From NCBI RefSeq assembly GCF_014803725.1, contig NZ_JAAVBE010000019.1:151455-215454 (forward strand): a stretch of DNA of 64,000 bases, read 5' to 3'. This stretch comes from Desulfovibrio sp. Its GTDB lineage: Bacteria > Desulfobacterota > Desulfovibrionia > Desulfovibrionales > Desulfovibrionaceae. Under the pieces are notes generated by a model, which saw nothing but the letters and a program-made list of their open reading frames with translations, ran no database searches and was not told where the DNA came from. The position numbers and the translations under genes were made by a program. Shown here piece after piece: positions 1 through 9,900 of the stretch; position 1 is the stretch's first letter, and each line of letters opens with the position of its first letter.

Positions 1-1
1 C

Positions 2-748
2 ATTGCGTCCTTCATGGCGCCCATCCTCGCCATGTGGGGCGCCACCGCCGTCATTCCTTCTTTCGGCCTGGGCTGGCGCGCGCTGTTCCTCATCTATGCC
101 TGCGTCTCGCTGCTCGCCATGCTCTGGCTCGGCGCAACGCCCATTGCCGAGGAAAAGGCAGACAAGGTCTCCGGCTTTCGTGAGTGCCTTGTGCTGCTCG
201 GCAAGGGCCTCGTCATTCTCTCTTTCATCGGCATCATGTGCCATGTGGGCATCGACGTGGGCACCAACACCACGGCGCCCCGTATCCTGATGGAGCGCTG
301 CGGCCTCGCCCTTGAGGATGCCGGCATCGCCACGAGCGTCTATTTTATCTTCAGGACCCTGGGCTGCCTTGTGGGCGCTGGCGCACTGCAAAAGATGGCG
401 GCCAGGCTCTTCTTCCTTATCAGTGCGTCCATGCTGGCACTGGGGCTTCTCGGCCTTTTCTTTGTGGATGGCCGCATCGCCATCTACATCTGCATCGGCA
501 TGATTGGCTTTGGCAACAGCAACATCTTTTCCATCATCCTCGCCCAGACGCTTTTGCGTTTGCCTGATGAGGCCAACGAAGTCTCGGGCCTCATGATCAT
601 GGGCCTTTTTGGCGGCACGCTTTTCCCGCTGGCCATGGGATTCGCCAGCGACATGCTGGCCAGCCAGACCGGCGCCATCCTCGTCATGGCGGCGGGGGCC
701 GTCTATCTGCTGTGTTATACGATGGTGATCCGCTCACAAAACGTATAA
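2..748 (+). CDS. MFS sugar transporter (FucP/GluP-like), 5'-truncated by the window edge
   Basis: Frame is open to the window edge. Multiple TM segments; GIMCHVGIDVGTNTTAP and SGLMIMGLFGGT segments resemble Bacteroides fructan-locus MFS permeases. Confidence 0.85.
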   Translation: MASFMAPILAMWGATAVIPSFGLGWRALFLIYACVSLLAMLWLGATPIAEEKADKVSGFRECLVLLGKGLVILSFIGIMCHVGIDVGTNTTAPRILMERCGLALEDAGIATSVYFIFRTLGCLVGAGALQKMAARLFFLISASMLALGLLGLFFVDGRIAIYICIGMIGFGNSNIFSIILAQTLLRLPDEANEVSGLMIMGLFGGTLFPLAMGFASDMLASQTGAILVMAAGAVYLLCYTMVIRSQNV

Positions 749-764
749 AAAGGGAGAGACTGTC

Positions 765-1673
765 ATGCAGATGACCAATGATGACATCGTTGTGGGCATT
801 GGCGAAGCCCTGTGGGACATCCTTCCTGACGGCAAGAAACTTGGCGGAGCGCCGGCCAATTTCGCTTATCACTGCGCCCGTTGCGGCCTCGATTCCTGGG
901 CCGTCAGCGCCATCGGGGAGGACAAGCTCGGCGAGGAGATCGCGGAGCAGTTGAGCGAAAAGAAAGTCAACTATATCATGGAGATGGTCCCCTACCCCAC
1001 CGGTACCGTGCAGGTCGAGCTGTCGCCCACGGGTGTGCCCACCTATGAGATCAAGTCAGGCGTGGCCTGGGACAACCTGCCCTTTACCCCGCGCATCGAG
1101 GAGCTCGCGCGCAAGACCCGCGCCGTCAGCTTTGGCTCGCTGGCGCAGCGCAGCGTGGTGACGCGCAACACCATCGACGCCTTTCTGGACGCCATGCCGC
1201 AGGATAATGACCGCTTCATCGTCTTCGACGTGAACCTGCGGCAGAATTTTTATACGCCGGAATGCCTTGAAAGCTCCATGGAACGCTGCAATATCCTGAA
1301 AATCAATGATGAGGAGCTCATCGCCGTGAGCCGCATGTTCGGCTATCCCGGCATTGATTTGAAAGACAAATGCTGGCTCCTGCTTGGGCGCCATAATCTC
1401 AAGGTGCTGGTGCTCACCTGCGGCGTCAATGGGAGTTATGTCTTTACGCCCGGGCACGTTTCCTTCCTCCCGACGCCGAACGTGCAGGTCGCGGACACCA
1501 TCGGCGCCGGGGATTCCTTCTCTGCGGTCTTTGTTTCGAGCCTGCTCAAAGGCTGTTCGGTGCCCAGGGCGCATCACAATGCGGTGTATTATTCCGCCTT
1601 TGTCTGCACCCAACATGGTGCCATGCCCGAATATCCCGAGAGCCTGAAGGAACAGGTCTCTGTGCTGCCCTGA
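765..1673 (+). CDS. PfkB-family carbohydrate kinase, probable fructokinase
   Basis: GGAPANFA N-terminal PfkB motif and DTIGAGDSF C-terminal motif; RBS AGGGAG upstream. Confidence 0.9.
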   Translation: MQMTNDDIVVGIGEALWDILPDGKKLGGAPANFAYHCARCGLDSWAVSAIGEDKLGEEIAEQLSEKKVNYIMEMVPYPTGTVQVELSPTGVPTYEIKSGVAWDNLPFTPRIEELARKTRAVSFGSLAQRSVVTRNTIDAFLDAMPQDNDRFIVFDVNLRQNFYTPECLESSMERCNILKINDEELIAVSRMFGYPGIDLKDKCWLLLGRHNLKVLVLTCGVNGSYVFTPGHVSFLPTPNVQVADTIGAGDSFSAVFVSSLLKGCSVPRAHHNAVYYSAFVCTQHGAMPEYPESLKEQVSVLP

Positions 1674-1724
1674 CGCGGTGAGCATTTTTGGAGGAGGGGG
1701 GGAAAACGGCCCGACCTCTGCGAG

Positions 1725-1766
1725 GCATAAAGAAAGCCTCCCGCTAGCGGGAGGCTTTCTTTATGC
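1725..1766. terminator. Bidirectional intrinsic terminator (perfect 42-bp palindrome)
   Basis: GCATAAAGAAAGCCTCCCGC-TA-GCGGGAGGCTTTCTTTATGC between convergent genes. Confidence 0.85.
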
Positions 1767-1994
1767 AGAGGGCACGGTATGGGACATTTGGAGCCCGAGC
1801 TTTCAGAGCGTGCAAGGGCGCCGGTACAGGCGAGTCTCCATACAATTTTTTGGGGGCGCCCTGCGGGAAGCCGAAGCGCGATGTGCCGCAAGATAACGGA
1901 GACGGGAAACTCCATTCCGCCATTTTTGTCGGGATGAGGGTGATGTCGCGTTCCGCGCCGCGCCCGGTTGCGGAGCACCAGGCTTTCCTGACTT

Positions 1995-2543
1995 TTATTT
2001 GCCAGTGATCATGCTGCGTACCGTGCCATCGAAACGCAACTCCTCCATCCCCACTTCATGCCGGGCAATGACCGTGCCCACAGCCGTTTTCAGGGTCTTC
2101 AAGTCGCGAACGGTGAGGCGTTCAACATCAAAATCATTTTTCTCGGCAATTTGCAGCAGCGTGAAGGGGCAGCAGGGAAATCCCTGTGAGAGCAGGGTCA
2201 GTTTTTCCGCATCGTCCCGGGTCATCACGCATTCAATGTCCCCATCACGGGAAAACTCATTGCTGATGCTGTGAACGGCGACGCCATATCTGTAGGTGAA
2301 ACGGGTCGAAACGCGCCCCAGCGGCCCCCAGCCATCGGCAACCTTGGCTAGCGCATTCTGGCTGGAATTGACTATGCCCTTGACGAAGCAGACTGCCTGC
2401 TCCAGATCCTGAAGTTTCAGCGGTTCGGCAGAGATGGCGTCGCCAACGGTGTGATAGTTGCCACAGCGCAGCTCAGGAACGATCTTTTCGCCCGCGACGG
2501 AATACCCCTTGATCGATGCGCGTATCCAGAGTGTCTTGGCCAT
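1995..2543 (-). CDS. Hypothetical protein (182 aa)
   Basis: GGAGG RBS upstream of ATG; protein-like composition; no motif recognised. Confidence 0.65.
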   Translation of the reverse strand: MAKTLWIRASIKGYSVAGEKIVPELRCGNYHTVGDAISAEPLKLQDLEQAVCFVKGIVNSSQNALAKVADGWGPLGRVSTRFTYRYGVAVHSISNEFSRDGDIECVMTRDDAEKLTLLSQGFPCCPFTLLQIAEKNDFDVERLTVRDLKTLKTAVGTVIARHEVGMEELRFDGTVRSMITGK

Positions 2544-2807
2544 GCCCGTCCTCCGATTACAGGGTTTGCCCTATTCCCAGCCTATCGTGCCAGAAAATCA
2601 ACTTCAAGCGGTTTTGCCGACGCACGGGTGACTGGCCTGGCTGGCTGTGCCGTTCAAATCCATAGAACATACATCTCTGCCCCGGTCGCGCCACCAGATT
2701 CATCGGCTGGCCCGCAAGAGGTATAAGGCGCTGATAGCGAGTTTTTTGGTTCGTAAACGGGCCGTTTCTCAAGGGGTGAATGCCGGGGCAGGAACAGTCC
2801 CGGCAGC

Positions 2808-2836
2808 TTGCCACGCCGCGCGGCCTGTATTAAAGT
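2808..2836 (+). promoter_or_regulatory. Putative sigma70 promoter
   Basis: TTGCCA-N17-TAAAGT, about 40 nt before ATG 2877. Confidence 0.55.
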
Positions 2837-2876
2837 GCGCCGTCCGCATTCGACATTTCGTCCACAAGGAATCGCC

Positions 2877-4322
2877 ATGCCCGCCCGCGCCATGACTTCC
2901 CTGTTTTCTGCTCCTGTGCGCAAGCCCACGGCCGTCCGCGCGCTGCTCTGCATGCTGGCGCTGGCCCTCTGCGGCTGCCAGTTCCCGTTCGGCGCCAAGC
3001 GCGCTGTCGCGCCCGAGCCCGTAGCCCCGCCGCAGCCTGCCTGCGTGGTGCTGGCGCTGCCGGCCTCGGGCCCTTATGCGGCCATCGCCACCAAAATCAA
3101 GCGCGGCGCCGAGGCCGCCCGGCAGGAACTCACGGGCGCCGGCGCGGCCTTGCGGCTCGAGACCGTCAATACCGAGGCCCCGGACTGGCTGACCACGCTG
3201 GCCGCGCTCCCCCCCTCCTGCGCGGTTGTGGGCGGGCCTTTGCGCGACGCGGCCTACGTACAGGCGCAGAAAGCCGGCGCCCTTGAGCAGCGCGCCTTTT
3301 TCGCCTTCGTGCCGAACCTCAAGTCCGGCGAGGAAGGCGCCCGGGCCTGGCGCTTTTTCCCGAGCCCGCAGGACCAGGTCGACGCCCTCGTGGCCTTTGC
3401 CACGGATGACCTTGGCATCCGCTCCTACGGCACCTTCCACCCGGGCGACGCCTATGCCACGCGCATGACCGGCATCCTCGCGCAAAACCTCGCAAAACGG
3501 CATATCCCGCTGCGCCAGGCCTCCTACAACGCGGCCGACCCGACCTCGTGGAGCGACGCGGCGCAGCCGCTCATCAATCCTGTGGTGGCCGAGGGCAGCT
3601 CGACCCCGGTGCCGCAGACGGAATTTGAAGCGCTCTTCCTGCCCGACTCCTGGAAAAACGTCGACATGATCACCCAGAGCCTGCTCTACAACGGCGAGGA
3701 CCGCCTGGTGCTCCTCGGCACCACCCTCTGGGAGCAGGGCCTTTCGGGCAGGCAGGTGCCGCGCGCGGAAAATTTCGCCCTGGCGGTCTTTCCCGGCGCA
3801 TGGAACGCGCAGCACGCGCCCGGCGCCCTCAAGGGCCAGGGCCATGATTTCTGGACCGCGCTTGGCTATGATTTCGTCAATTTCGCCACGGCGCTCGCCC
3901 TGGAATCGCGCCTCTCCACGCCGCAGATCACGGCCATGGCGCAGCGTGCGGCCACCGCGGTGCGCGGCATGGCGCCCCTCACCTATGATGACGCGGGCGT
4001 GGCCCACCAGAAGCTCTATCTCTTCCAGGTCTCGCCCTCGGGCATGAAGCCCCTCGATGCGGCGCAGTTCCGCGATACGCGCGCGGCCGTGCTCGAGCGC
4101 GCCGCCCTGCGCATGCAGGGCCTCCCCAGCGTGGACGCCCAGGGCAATCCGCTGGTGCCGGGCGCTCCGGGCGCGCCGGCAACGCCCGCGCTTACCACCG
4201 GCGAGCCGGGCGCGCTGCCCGCCGCCACACCCGTCGCCGCGCCCGCGGCAACGCCCGGGGCGCCGGTGCTCGATACCACCCCCCGCCCCTCCTACAAGCT
4301 GCGTCTGCCCGGCAGCCGCTGA
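2877..4322 (+). CDS. LppC/LpoA-like lipoprotein (penicillin-binding protein activator family)
   Basis: Lipobox LALCGC; LALPASGPYA, VVGGPL and LFLPD motifs of the periplasmic-binding LppC fold; Pro/Ala-rich tail; AAGGA RBS. Confidence 0.7.
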   Translation: MPARAMTSLFSAPVRKPTAVRALLCMLALALCGCQFPFGAKRAVAPEPVAPPQPACVVLALPASGPYAAIATKIKRGAEAARQELTGAGAALRLETVNTEAPDWLTTLAALPPSCAVVGGPLRDAAYVQAQKAGALEQRAFFAFVPNLKSGEEGARAWRFFPSPQDQVDALVAFATDDLGIRSYGTFHPGDAYATRMTGILAQNLAKRHIPLRQASYNAADPTSWSDAAQPLINPVVAEGSSTPVPQTEFEALFLPDSWKNVDMITQSLLYNGEDRLVLLGTTLWEQGLSGRQVPRAENFALAVFPGAWNAQHAPGALKGQGHDFWTALGYDFVNFATALALESRLSTPQITAMAQRAATAVRGMAPLTYDDAGVAHQKLYLFQVSPSGMKPLDAAQFRDTRAAVLERAALRMQGLPSVDAQGNPLVPGAPGAPATPALTTGEPGALPAATPVAAPAATPGAPVLDTTPRPSYKLRLPGSR

Positions 4323-4337
4323 TCCAGAGAGGATAGC

Positions 4338-4640
4338 ATGACACAGGAACAGCCGCGGCAGGTGAGCCGCGAAGAAGTGCGCCACATGGCCGAGCTTTCC
4401 CGCCTGGCCGTGACCGAAGAGGAAGAACGCCTGTTCGCGCGCCAGTTCAGCGGCATTCTCGCCCACATGGACCTGCTCTCAAAGGTAAATACGCAAGGCG
4501 TGGAGCCGCTGTACAGCCCGCTCGCCCATGCGGCCGCCACGCGGCCCGACCAAGCCCTGCGCGTGCGCACGCGCGCGGAAGTGCTTGCTAATTCGCCTAA
4601 GCCCAATACCGAATATTTCGTGGTGCCCCGCATCGTGTAG
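4338..4640 (+). CDS. gatC: Asp/Glu-tRNA amidotransferase subunit C
   Basis: EEVRHMAELSRL ... YFVVPRIV; directly upstream of gatA. Confidence 0.95.
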   Translation: MTQEQPRQVSREEVRHMAELSRLAVTEEEERLFARQFSGILAHMDLLSKVNTQGVEPLYSPLAHAAATRPDQALRVRTRAEVLANSPKPNTEYFVVPRIV

Positions 4641-4682
4641 TCTCCCCCTGAAGTATCGCGCCATCTCCCGCAGGACATTTCC

Positions 4683-6164
4683 ATGACGACTGACATCTGC
4701 TCAATGACGCTCACCGAGGCGGCCGCCGCGCTGCAAAAGAAGGAACTCACGGCCCGAGCGGCGGTGCGCGCCTGCCTTGACCGCATCGCGGCCACGGAAC
4801 CCGCTATCGGCGCCCTGCTCCACGTGGATGCGGACGGCGCCCTCGCCCGCGCCGAGGAGCTGGACGCGCAGGGCCCCCGTGCCGACCAGCCCCTGTGGGG
4901 CGTGCCCGTGACCGTCAAGGACGCCCTCTCGACGAAGGGCATCCCCACCACGGCGGCCTCGCGCATCCTCGAAAACTTCGTGCCTTTTTATGACGCCTTC
5001 GTGGTGGAGCGCCTGCGCAAGGCGGGCGCCATCCTGCTCGGCAAGGCCAACATGGACGAGTTCGCCATGGGCTCCTCCACGGAAAATTCCGCCTTCAAGC
5101 CCACCCGCAACCCGTGGAACACGGGCCGCGTGCCCGGGGGCTCGTCCGGCGGCTCGGCCGCCTCCGTGGCCGCGCGCCAGTGCTTCGCCTCCCTGGGCTC
5201 CGATACGGGCGGCTCCATCCGCCAGCCCGCCGCCTTTTGCGGCTGCGTGGGCCTCAAGCCCACCTACGGGCGCGTGTCGCGCTACGGCCTCTTCGCCTTC
5301 GCCTCCTCGCTGGACCAGGTGGGCCCGCTCACGCGCACGGTGGAAGACTGCGGCCGCGTGCTCACGGTCATCGCCGGCCATGACCCGCGCGACACGACTT
5401 CCGAGCCCAAGCCGGACGAGGACTTCACCCTGGCCATACGCCATGCGGGCAAGAGCCTCGCCGGCGTGCGTCTCGGCGTCCCGCGGGACTTTTTCGGCGA
5501 GGGACTGGCAGACGAGGTGCGCGAGGCCTGCGAGGCCGCCCTTGAACGCGCGCGCGAGCTCGGGGCCGAGCTCGTGGACGTGGAGCTGCCCCCTACGGAC
5601 ATCGCCAGCGCCACCTACTACATCATCGCCATGGCCGAGGCGAGCTCCAACCTCGCGCGCTATGACGGCGTGCGCTACGGGCGGCGCGCGCCCGATGTGC
5701 ATACGCTGGACGAGCTCTATGTGGAATCGCGCAGCCAGGGCTTCGGCGAGGAGGTCAAGCGGCGCATCATGCTCGGCTCCTATGTACTCTCCTCGGGCTA
5801 TTATGACGCCTATTTCCGCAAGGCCGCGCAAACGCGCCGCCTCATCCGCGACGCATGGTGCGCCGTGCTCGAGGGCTGCGACGCCATCGCCACGCCCGTG
5901 GCCCCGGTGACGGCCTGGCCGCTGGGGAGCCACGCCACCAACCCGCTCCAGGCCTACCTCATGGACGCCTACACCATCCCGGTCAACCTTGCCGGGCTGC
6001 CCGGCCTGTCGCTGCCCGTGGGCCTTGGCAGTGAAAGCGGGATGCCCGTGGGCCTCCAGCTCATCGGCAAGGCCTTTGACGAGAGCACCTTGTTGCGCGT
6101 GGGGCATGTGGTGGAGCAGGCGCTGCCGCGTATCGGCTCGCCCGGCATCCCCGCCAGTCACTAA
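4683..6164 (+). CDS. gatA: Asp/Glu-tRNA amidotransferase subunit A
   Basis: Amidase signature [21 protein letters not shown]; [19 protein letters not shown]. Confidence 0.97.
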   Translation: MTTDICSMTLTEAAAALQKKELTARAAVRACLDRIAATEPAIGALLHVDADGALARAEELDAQGPRADQPLWGVPVTVKDALSTKGIPTTAASRILENFVPFYDAFVVERLRKAGAILLGKANMDEFAMGSSTENSAFKPTRNPWNTGRVPGGSSGGSAASVAARQCFASLGSDTGGSIRQPAAFCGCVGLKPTYGRVSRYGLFAFASSLDQVGPLTRTVEDCGRVLTVIAGHDPRDTTSEPKPDEDFTLAIRHAGKSLAGVRLGVPRDFFGEGLADEVREACEAALERARELGAELVDVELPPTDIASATYYIIAMAEASSNLARYDGVRYGRRAPDVHTLDELYVESRSQGFGEEVKRRIMLGSYVLSSGYYDAYFRKAAQTRRLIRDAWCAVLEGCDAIATPVAPVTAWPLGSHATNPLQAYLMDAYTIPVNLAGLPGLSLPVGLGSESGMPVGLQLIGKAFDESTLLRVGHVVEQALPRIGSPGIPASH

Positions 6165-6203
6165 GGGCGACCGGCCCCGGTACGGTCGCGCACAGCCCGG
6201 TCA

Positions 6204-6234
6204 GCAAAAAGGCCCCTCGCGGGGGCCTTTTTGC
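6204..6234. terminator. Bidirectional intrinsic terminator
   Basis: GCAAAAAGGCCCC-TCGCG-GGGGCCTTTTTGC between convergent genes. Confidence 0.9.
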
Positions 6235-6271
6235 ACGGGAAGCTGTAACCATCGGCAATAGGGCTGCCGCC

Positions 6272-7555
6272 TCACTGCTTGTGCAGCATGATGTCGAGGA
6301 TGACCTTGTCCGTCTCGCGCATGCCCGTGGAACCGAGGCGCCCGAGGTTGGCGATGCAGGCCTCGATGTCTTCCGAGACGATGCCCTCGTTGCCCGGCAC
6401 GGCCGAGCCTTCCAACGCCAGCATGGCCGCCTGGATGCCCGCGCCCACGGCCGAGGCCACCTTGAGCGCGCAGGAGCTCTTGGCGCCGTCGCAGATCATG
6501 CCCGCCACATTGCCCACCATGTTGCGGACGGTCATTTCCATTTCGCGCAGGCCGCCCCCGAGCAAAAGGGTGATGCCGCAGGCGGCCGCCGTGCCGGCCA
6601 CCATGGCGCCGCAATGGGCGGAGAGGCGCCCCAGGTGGTGCTTGATGTGGATGGCCGTCAAATGGCTCATGATGAGGGCGCGCGCCAGTTCCTCGTCGCT
6701 CTTTTCCAGCCTGATGGCGCAGGCCACCACCGGCATGGTGCAGGTGATGCCCTGGTTGCCGCTGCCGGAATTGCTCATGACCGGCATCATGACGCCGGCC
6801 ATGCGCGCGTCCGCCGCGGCCGCAGTGAGCTTCACGGCGAAGGTGGGCATGTCGTCGGCGAGGATGTGGCGGCGCACCTGCGCGTCCATGTTCTTGCCCA
6901 CGGCGAGGCCGTACTGGCGCGAAAGCCCCTCCTCCGCCACGGTGCGGTTCATGTGCGCGGCCTCGAGAATGAAGGCGATGTTTTCCAGCGGCGTGGTGGT
7001 GGCGAAGTCATGGATGGCCGCGAGGCTCAGCGGCCATTCTTCTTCGGCCGCCGCGCCTTCGGCCGGCTCGGCCCTGCCGGCCGAGAAGACGAGTTCGTCG
7101 TCGCGCCAGACATTGGTAATATTGGCGTGCGAGTCCCTCAGCTCCGCCGCGCCCGTGTGGCCGCCGCCGTGGGCGACCACCTTGCAGTAGAGCAAGAGCT
7201 CGTTGTCGGCCGGCAGGTGGAGCTCCACCTTGCCGTCCGCCAACAGGGCCTTGGCCTGCCTAGCCAGCTCCGGAGAGAGGTCGCGCAGGCATTCCAGCCC
7301 GAGCTCGCTCTTGCCGCCCAAGGCGCCGGCCGCGGCCGCGATGCCGAGGCCCATTTCGCCGGTGCCCGGCACCATGACGCCCATGCCGTTCTTGAGCAGG
7401 TTGGCGCTCACGGCCACGTCGAGCCGCTCTGGCGGCGCGCCCAGAGCCTCGGCGGCGCGCGCCGCCGTCAGGGCCACGGCGATGGGCTCGGTGCAGCCGA
7501 GCGCCGGCACCACCTCGCGGTGGAGCAGGTCGAGAAAGGCCGCGTGATCGCTCAT
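6272..7555 (-). CDS. cyuA: L-cysteine desulfidase (CyuA/YhaM family, serine dehydratase alpha-like)
   Basis: VVPALGCTEP, SNSGSGNQG, GRLSAHCG and ICDGAKSSCALK motifs with conserved Fe-S cysteines. Confidence 0.85.
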   Translation of the reverse strand: MSDHAAFLDLLHREVVPALGCTEPIAVALTAARAAEALGAPPERLDVAVSANLLKNGMGVMVPGTGEMGLGIAAAAGALGGKSELGLECLRDLSPELARQAKALLADGKVELHLPADNELLLYCKVVAHGGGHTGAAELRDSHANITNVWRDDELVFSAGRAEPAEGAAAEEEWPLSLAAIHDFATTTPLENIAFILEAAHMNRTVAEEGLSRQYGLAVGKNMDAQVRRHILADDMPTFAVKLTAAAADARMAGVMMPVMSNSGSGNQGITCTMPVVACAIRLEKSDEELARALIMSHLTAIHIKHHLGRLSAHCGAMVAGTAAACGITLLLGGGLREMEMTVRNMVGNVAGMICDGAKSSCALKVASAVGAGIQAAMLALEGSAVPGNEGIVSEDIEACIANLGRLGSTGMRETDKVILDIMLHKQ

Positions 7556-8754
7556 GCGTCCGCCCCGCCGCTGTGCTGCAGCGGCCCGAGCTGCCCGTGG
7601 CGGTTGAAGGTGCCGTCAAGGATAAGGGTCAGCGCGCCGTCGCCCGTGACGTTGCAGGCCGTGCCGAAGCTGTCCTGCAGGGCGAAGATGGCGATGAGCA
7701 GCGCGACGCCCGTCTGGTCGAAGCCGAGGATGCCGGTGACGATGCCGAGCGAGGCCACCACCGTGCCGCCGGGCACGCCGGGCGCGCCCACGGCGAAGAT
7801 GCCGAGCAGGATGCAGAAGAGCACCATGGTGCCCAGGGACGGCAGGGTGCCGTAGAGGATAAGGCTGATGGTCATCACGAAGAAGGTCTCGGTGAGCACC
7901 GAGCCGCAGAGGTGCACCGTGGCGCCCAAGGGCACCATGAATTCCACCATGGTGCGGCTCAGCACTGGCGAGCGGTGGGCGCATTCGAGCGCCACGGGCA
8001 GGGTGGCGGCGCTGGACATGGTGCCCACGGCCGTGAGGTAGGCGGGCGCGTAGTAGCGGAACACCTGGGACGGGTTGCGCCCGGAGACGATGCCGCCGAT
8101 GCCGTAGAGCACGCCGAGCCAGATGAACTGGCCGATGATGACGAGCACCACCATGGTCACGAAGATGGGCAGATGCCGCGAGAGCGAGCCCTCGTAGGCG
8201 AGCCCCATGAAGGAGAGGCCCACGAAGAAGGGCAGGATGGGGATGAGCACATGCAGCACGAGCCAGCTGATGACCTTTTCAAATTCTTCAAAAAGCGAGG
8301 TCAGCGTCTGTGCGCGCGTCCAGGCGATGCCGAGGCCGAGGAAGAGCGCGGTGATGAGCGCGCTCATGACGCTGAAGAGCGGCGGGATGTCGAGCCGGAA
8401 GACCATTTCCGGCAGCTTGCGCAGCGATTCCGCCTCGGTGGCGATGGAGAGGTGCGGGATGACGAGATAGCCCGAAACCATGGAGAAGAGCGCCGCGCAT
8501 ACCGAGGAGGCGTAGGCCAGCGCCACGGCCGCCACGAGGATCTTGCTCGCGTTCCTGCCGAGGCGCACGATGGCCGGGGTGATGAAGCCCACGATGACGA
8601 GCGGCACGAGGAAGAAGATGATCTGGCCGAGGATGTGGCGCACCGAGACCACCACGTCCATGATGGGCTCGTTGACCACAAAGCCGAGCAGGGCGCCGAT
8701 GACAAGGCCCGCAATCAGCTTGATGATGAGCGAAAGGTCTCCGATCTTTGCCAT
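7552..8754 (-). CDS. Dicarboxylate/amino acid:cation symporter (SstT-like)
   Basis: GTMSSAATLP and QDSFGTACNVTGD DAACS motifs; AGGAGG RBS; 4-nt overlap with cyuA. Confidence 0.88.
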   Translation of the reverse strand: MAKIGDLSLIIKLIAGLVIGALLGFVVNEPIMDVVVSVRHILGQIIFFLVPLVIVGFITPAIVRLGRNASKILVAAVALAYASSVCAALFSMVSGYLVIPHLSIATEAESLRKLPEMVFRLDIPPLFSVMSALITALFLGLGIAWTRAQTLTSLFEEFEKVISWLVLHVLIPILPFFVGLSFMGLAYEGSLSRHLPIFVTMVVLVIIGQFIWLGVLYGIGGIVSGRNPSQVFRYYAPAYLTAVGTMSSAATLPVALECAHRSPVLSRTMVEFMVPLGATVHLCGSVLTETFFVMTISLILYGTLPSLGTMVLFCILLGIFAVGAPGVPGGTVVASLGIVTGILGFDQTGVALLIAIFALQDSFGTACNVTGDGALTLILDGTFNRHGQLGPLQHSGGADA

Positions 8755-8822
8755 GGTCAACCTCCTCATGGCTCGGTCTTGCCCGGCGCCTGTGCCCCCG
8801 CGGCGCACCGGGACGCCCCGCC

Positions 8823-8851
8823 ACTATAGGCGCGAGCGGGCTTGCGCGCAA
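8823..8851 (-). promoter_or_regulatory. Putative sigma70 promoter for the transporter-cyuA operon
   Basis: TTGCGC-N17-TATAGT on the minus strand. Confidence 0.55.
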
Positions 8852-8883
8852 GGAGGTGGGGCCGGGATTTTCCGCCGGGGGCC

Positions 8884-9774
8884 TTATTCGAGGATATAGC
8901 GCATGGGATTGACGGGCACGCCGTTGAGCCGCACCTCATAGTGCAGGTGGGGCCCGGTGGTGCGCCCGGTCATGCCGATATGCCCGAGCACCTCGCCGCG
9001 GCGCACCCATTGGCCCGGCTTGACCGTGGCCCTTTGCAGGTGGGCGTACTTGGTGACGATGCCGCCGCCGTGGTCGATCTCCACGCTGTTGCCGTAGGCG
9101 CCGTCGCGCCCGGCCATGATGACCGTGCCCTCGGCCGGGGCCACGATGGGCGTGCCCATGCGGTTGCTGATGTCGAGCCCCTTGTGGAACTGGCCGCCCC
9201 TGCCGAAGGGCGAGGTGCGCCCCCCGAAACTGGAGGACACGAAGCCCGTCACCGGCCAGATGGAGGGCATGGAGGCGAGGATGTTGCGGTTTTCGCGCAG
9301 CGCGCGCAAAAGATCCTGCTGGCGCACCTCCTCGAGGCGCGTGGCCTCGGAGAGCTGGCCCAGAAAGTCCTGCATCTTGCGCGCGGCGAGCTCCTGCCGG
9401 TGCAGGGGCAGATAGGTGCGCGAAAAATCGCCGGGCCCGTCGCCCACTTCGGCGGGCTCCTTCTCCATGTTCATCATGAGCCTGAGCTTGGAGTCGAAGC
9501 GCTGGATGCGCAAAAGGTCGCGGCTCACCTCGGTGATGCGCTCGGCGAGGTTCACGGTCTGTCGGCGCTGCTCCTCGGCAACGCGCCGGGCCTGGGCCAG
9601 GTCTTCCTCAAGATGGCGTGCGTCCAGCCATTCCTTCCACAGCCAGATATTGCAACCCGCCACCGCAGCGACCAAAAGGCACGCGGCGATGCCGAGCCAG
9701 CCGCGCAGGTAGAGATTGCGGCTGCCGCTGCGGCCTTCCTTGAAGATGACGATATGGTACTTGCCGAAGAGCAT
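8884..9774 (-). CDS. M23 family murein endopeptidase
   Basis: N-terminal TM segment and coiled coil; HKGLD, YAHL and GPHLHYEV zinc motifs. Confidence 0.92.
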   Translation of the reverse strand: MLFGKYHIVIFKEGRSGSRNLYLRGWLGIAACLLVAAVAGCNIWLWKEWLDARHLEEDLAQARRVAEEQRRQTVNLAERITEVSRDLLRIQRFDSKLRLMMNMEKEPAEVGDGPGDFSRTYLPLHRQELAARKMQDFLGQLSEATRLEEVRQQDLLRALRENRNILASMPSIWPVTGFVSSSFGGRTSPFGRGGQFHKGLDISNRMGTPIVAPAEGTVIMAGRDGAYGNSVEIDHGGGIVTKYAHLQRATVKPGQWVRRGEVLGHIGMTGRTTGPHLHYEVRLNGVPVNPMRYILE

Positions 9775-9782
9775 GGGGCGCC

Positions 9783-9811
9783 AGTCTAGAGGGCGCCCGG
9801 CGCCCTGTCAA
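9783..9811 (-). promoter_or_regulatory. Consensus-like sigma70 promoter immediately before the M23 ATG
   Basis: TTGACA-N17-TAGACT; predicted +1 within about 2 nt of ATG 9774. Confidence 0.7.
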
Positions 9812-9900
9812 TCACGCCCCGGCGGGCCGGCGGCAGCTGACAGGCGGGGCGCCCGCGTGTATGCTTGCGGGGCATTTTCACTCCCCACAGGAGGGACACC

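Noticed and set aside
4338-6164. gatCA without gatB
   Set aside because: A split gat arrangement is common; gatB is presumably elsewhere.
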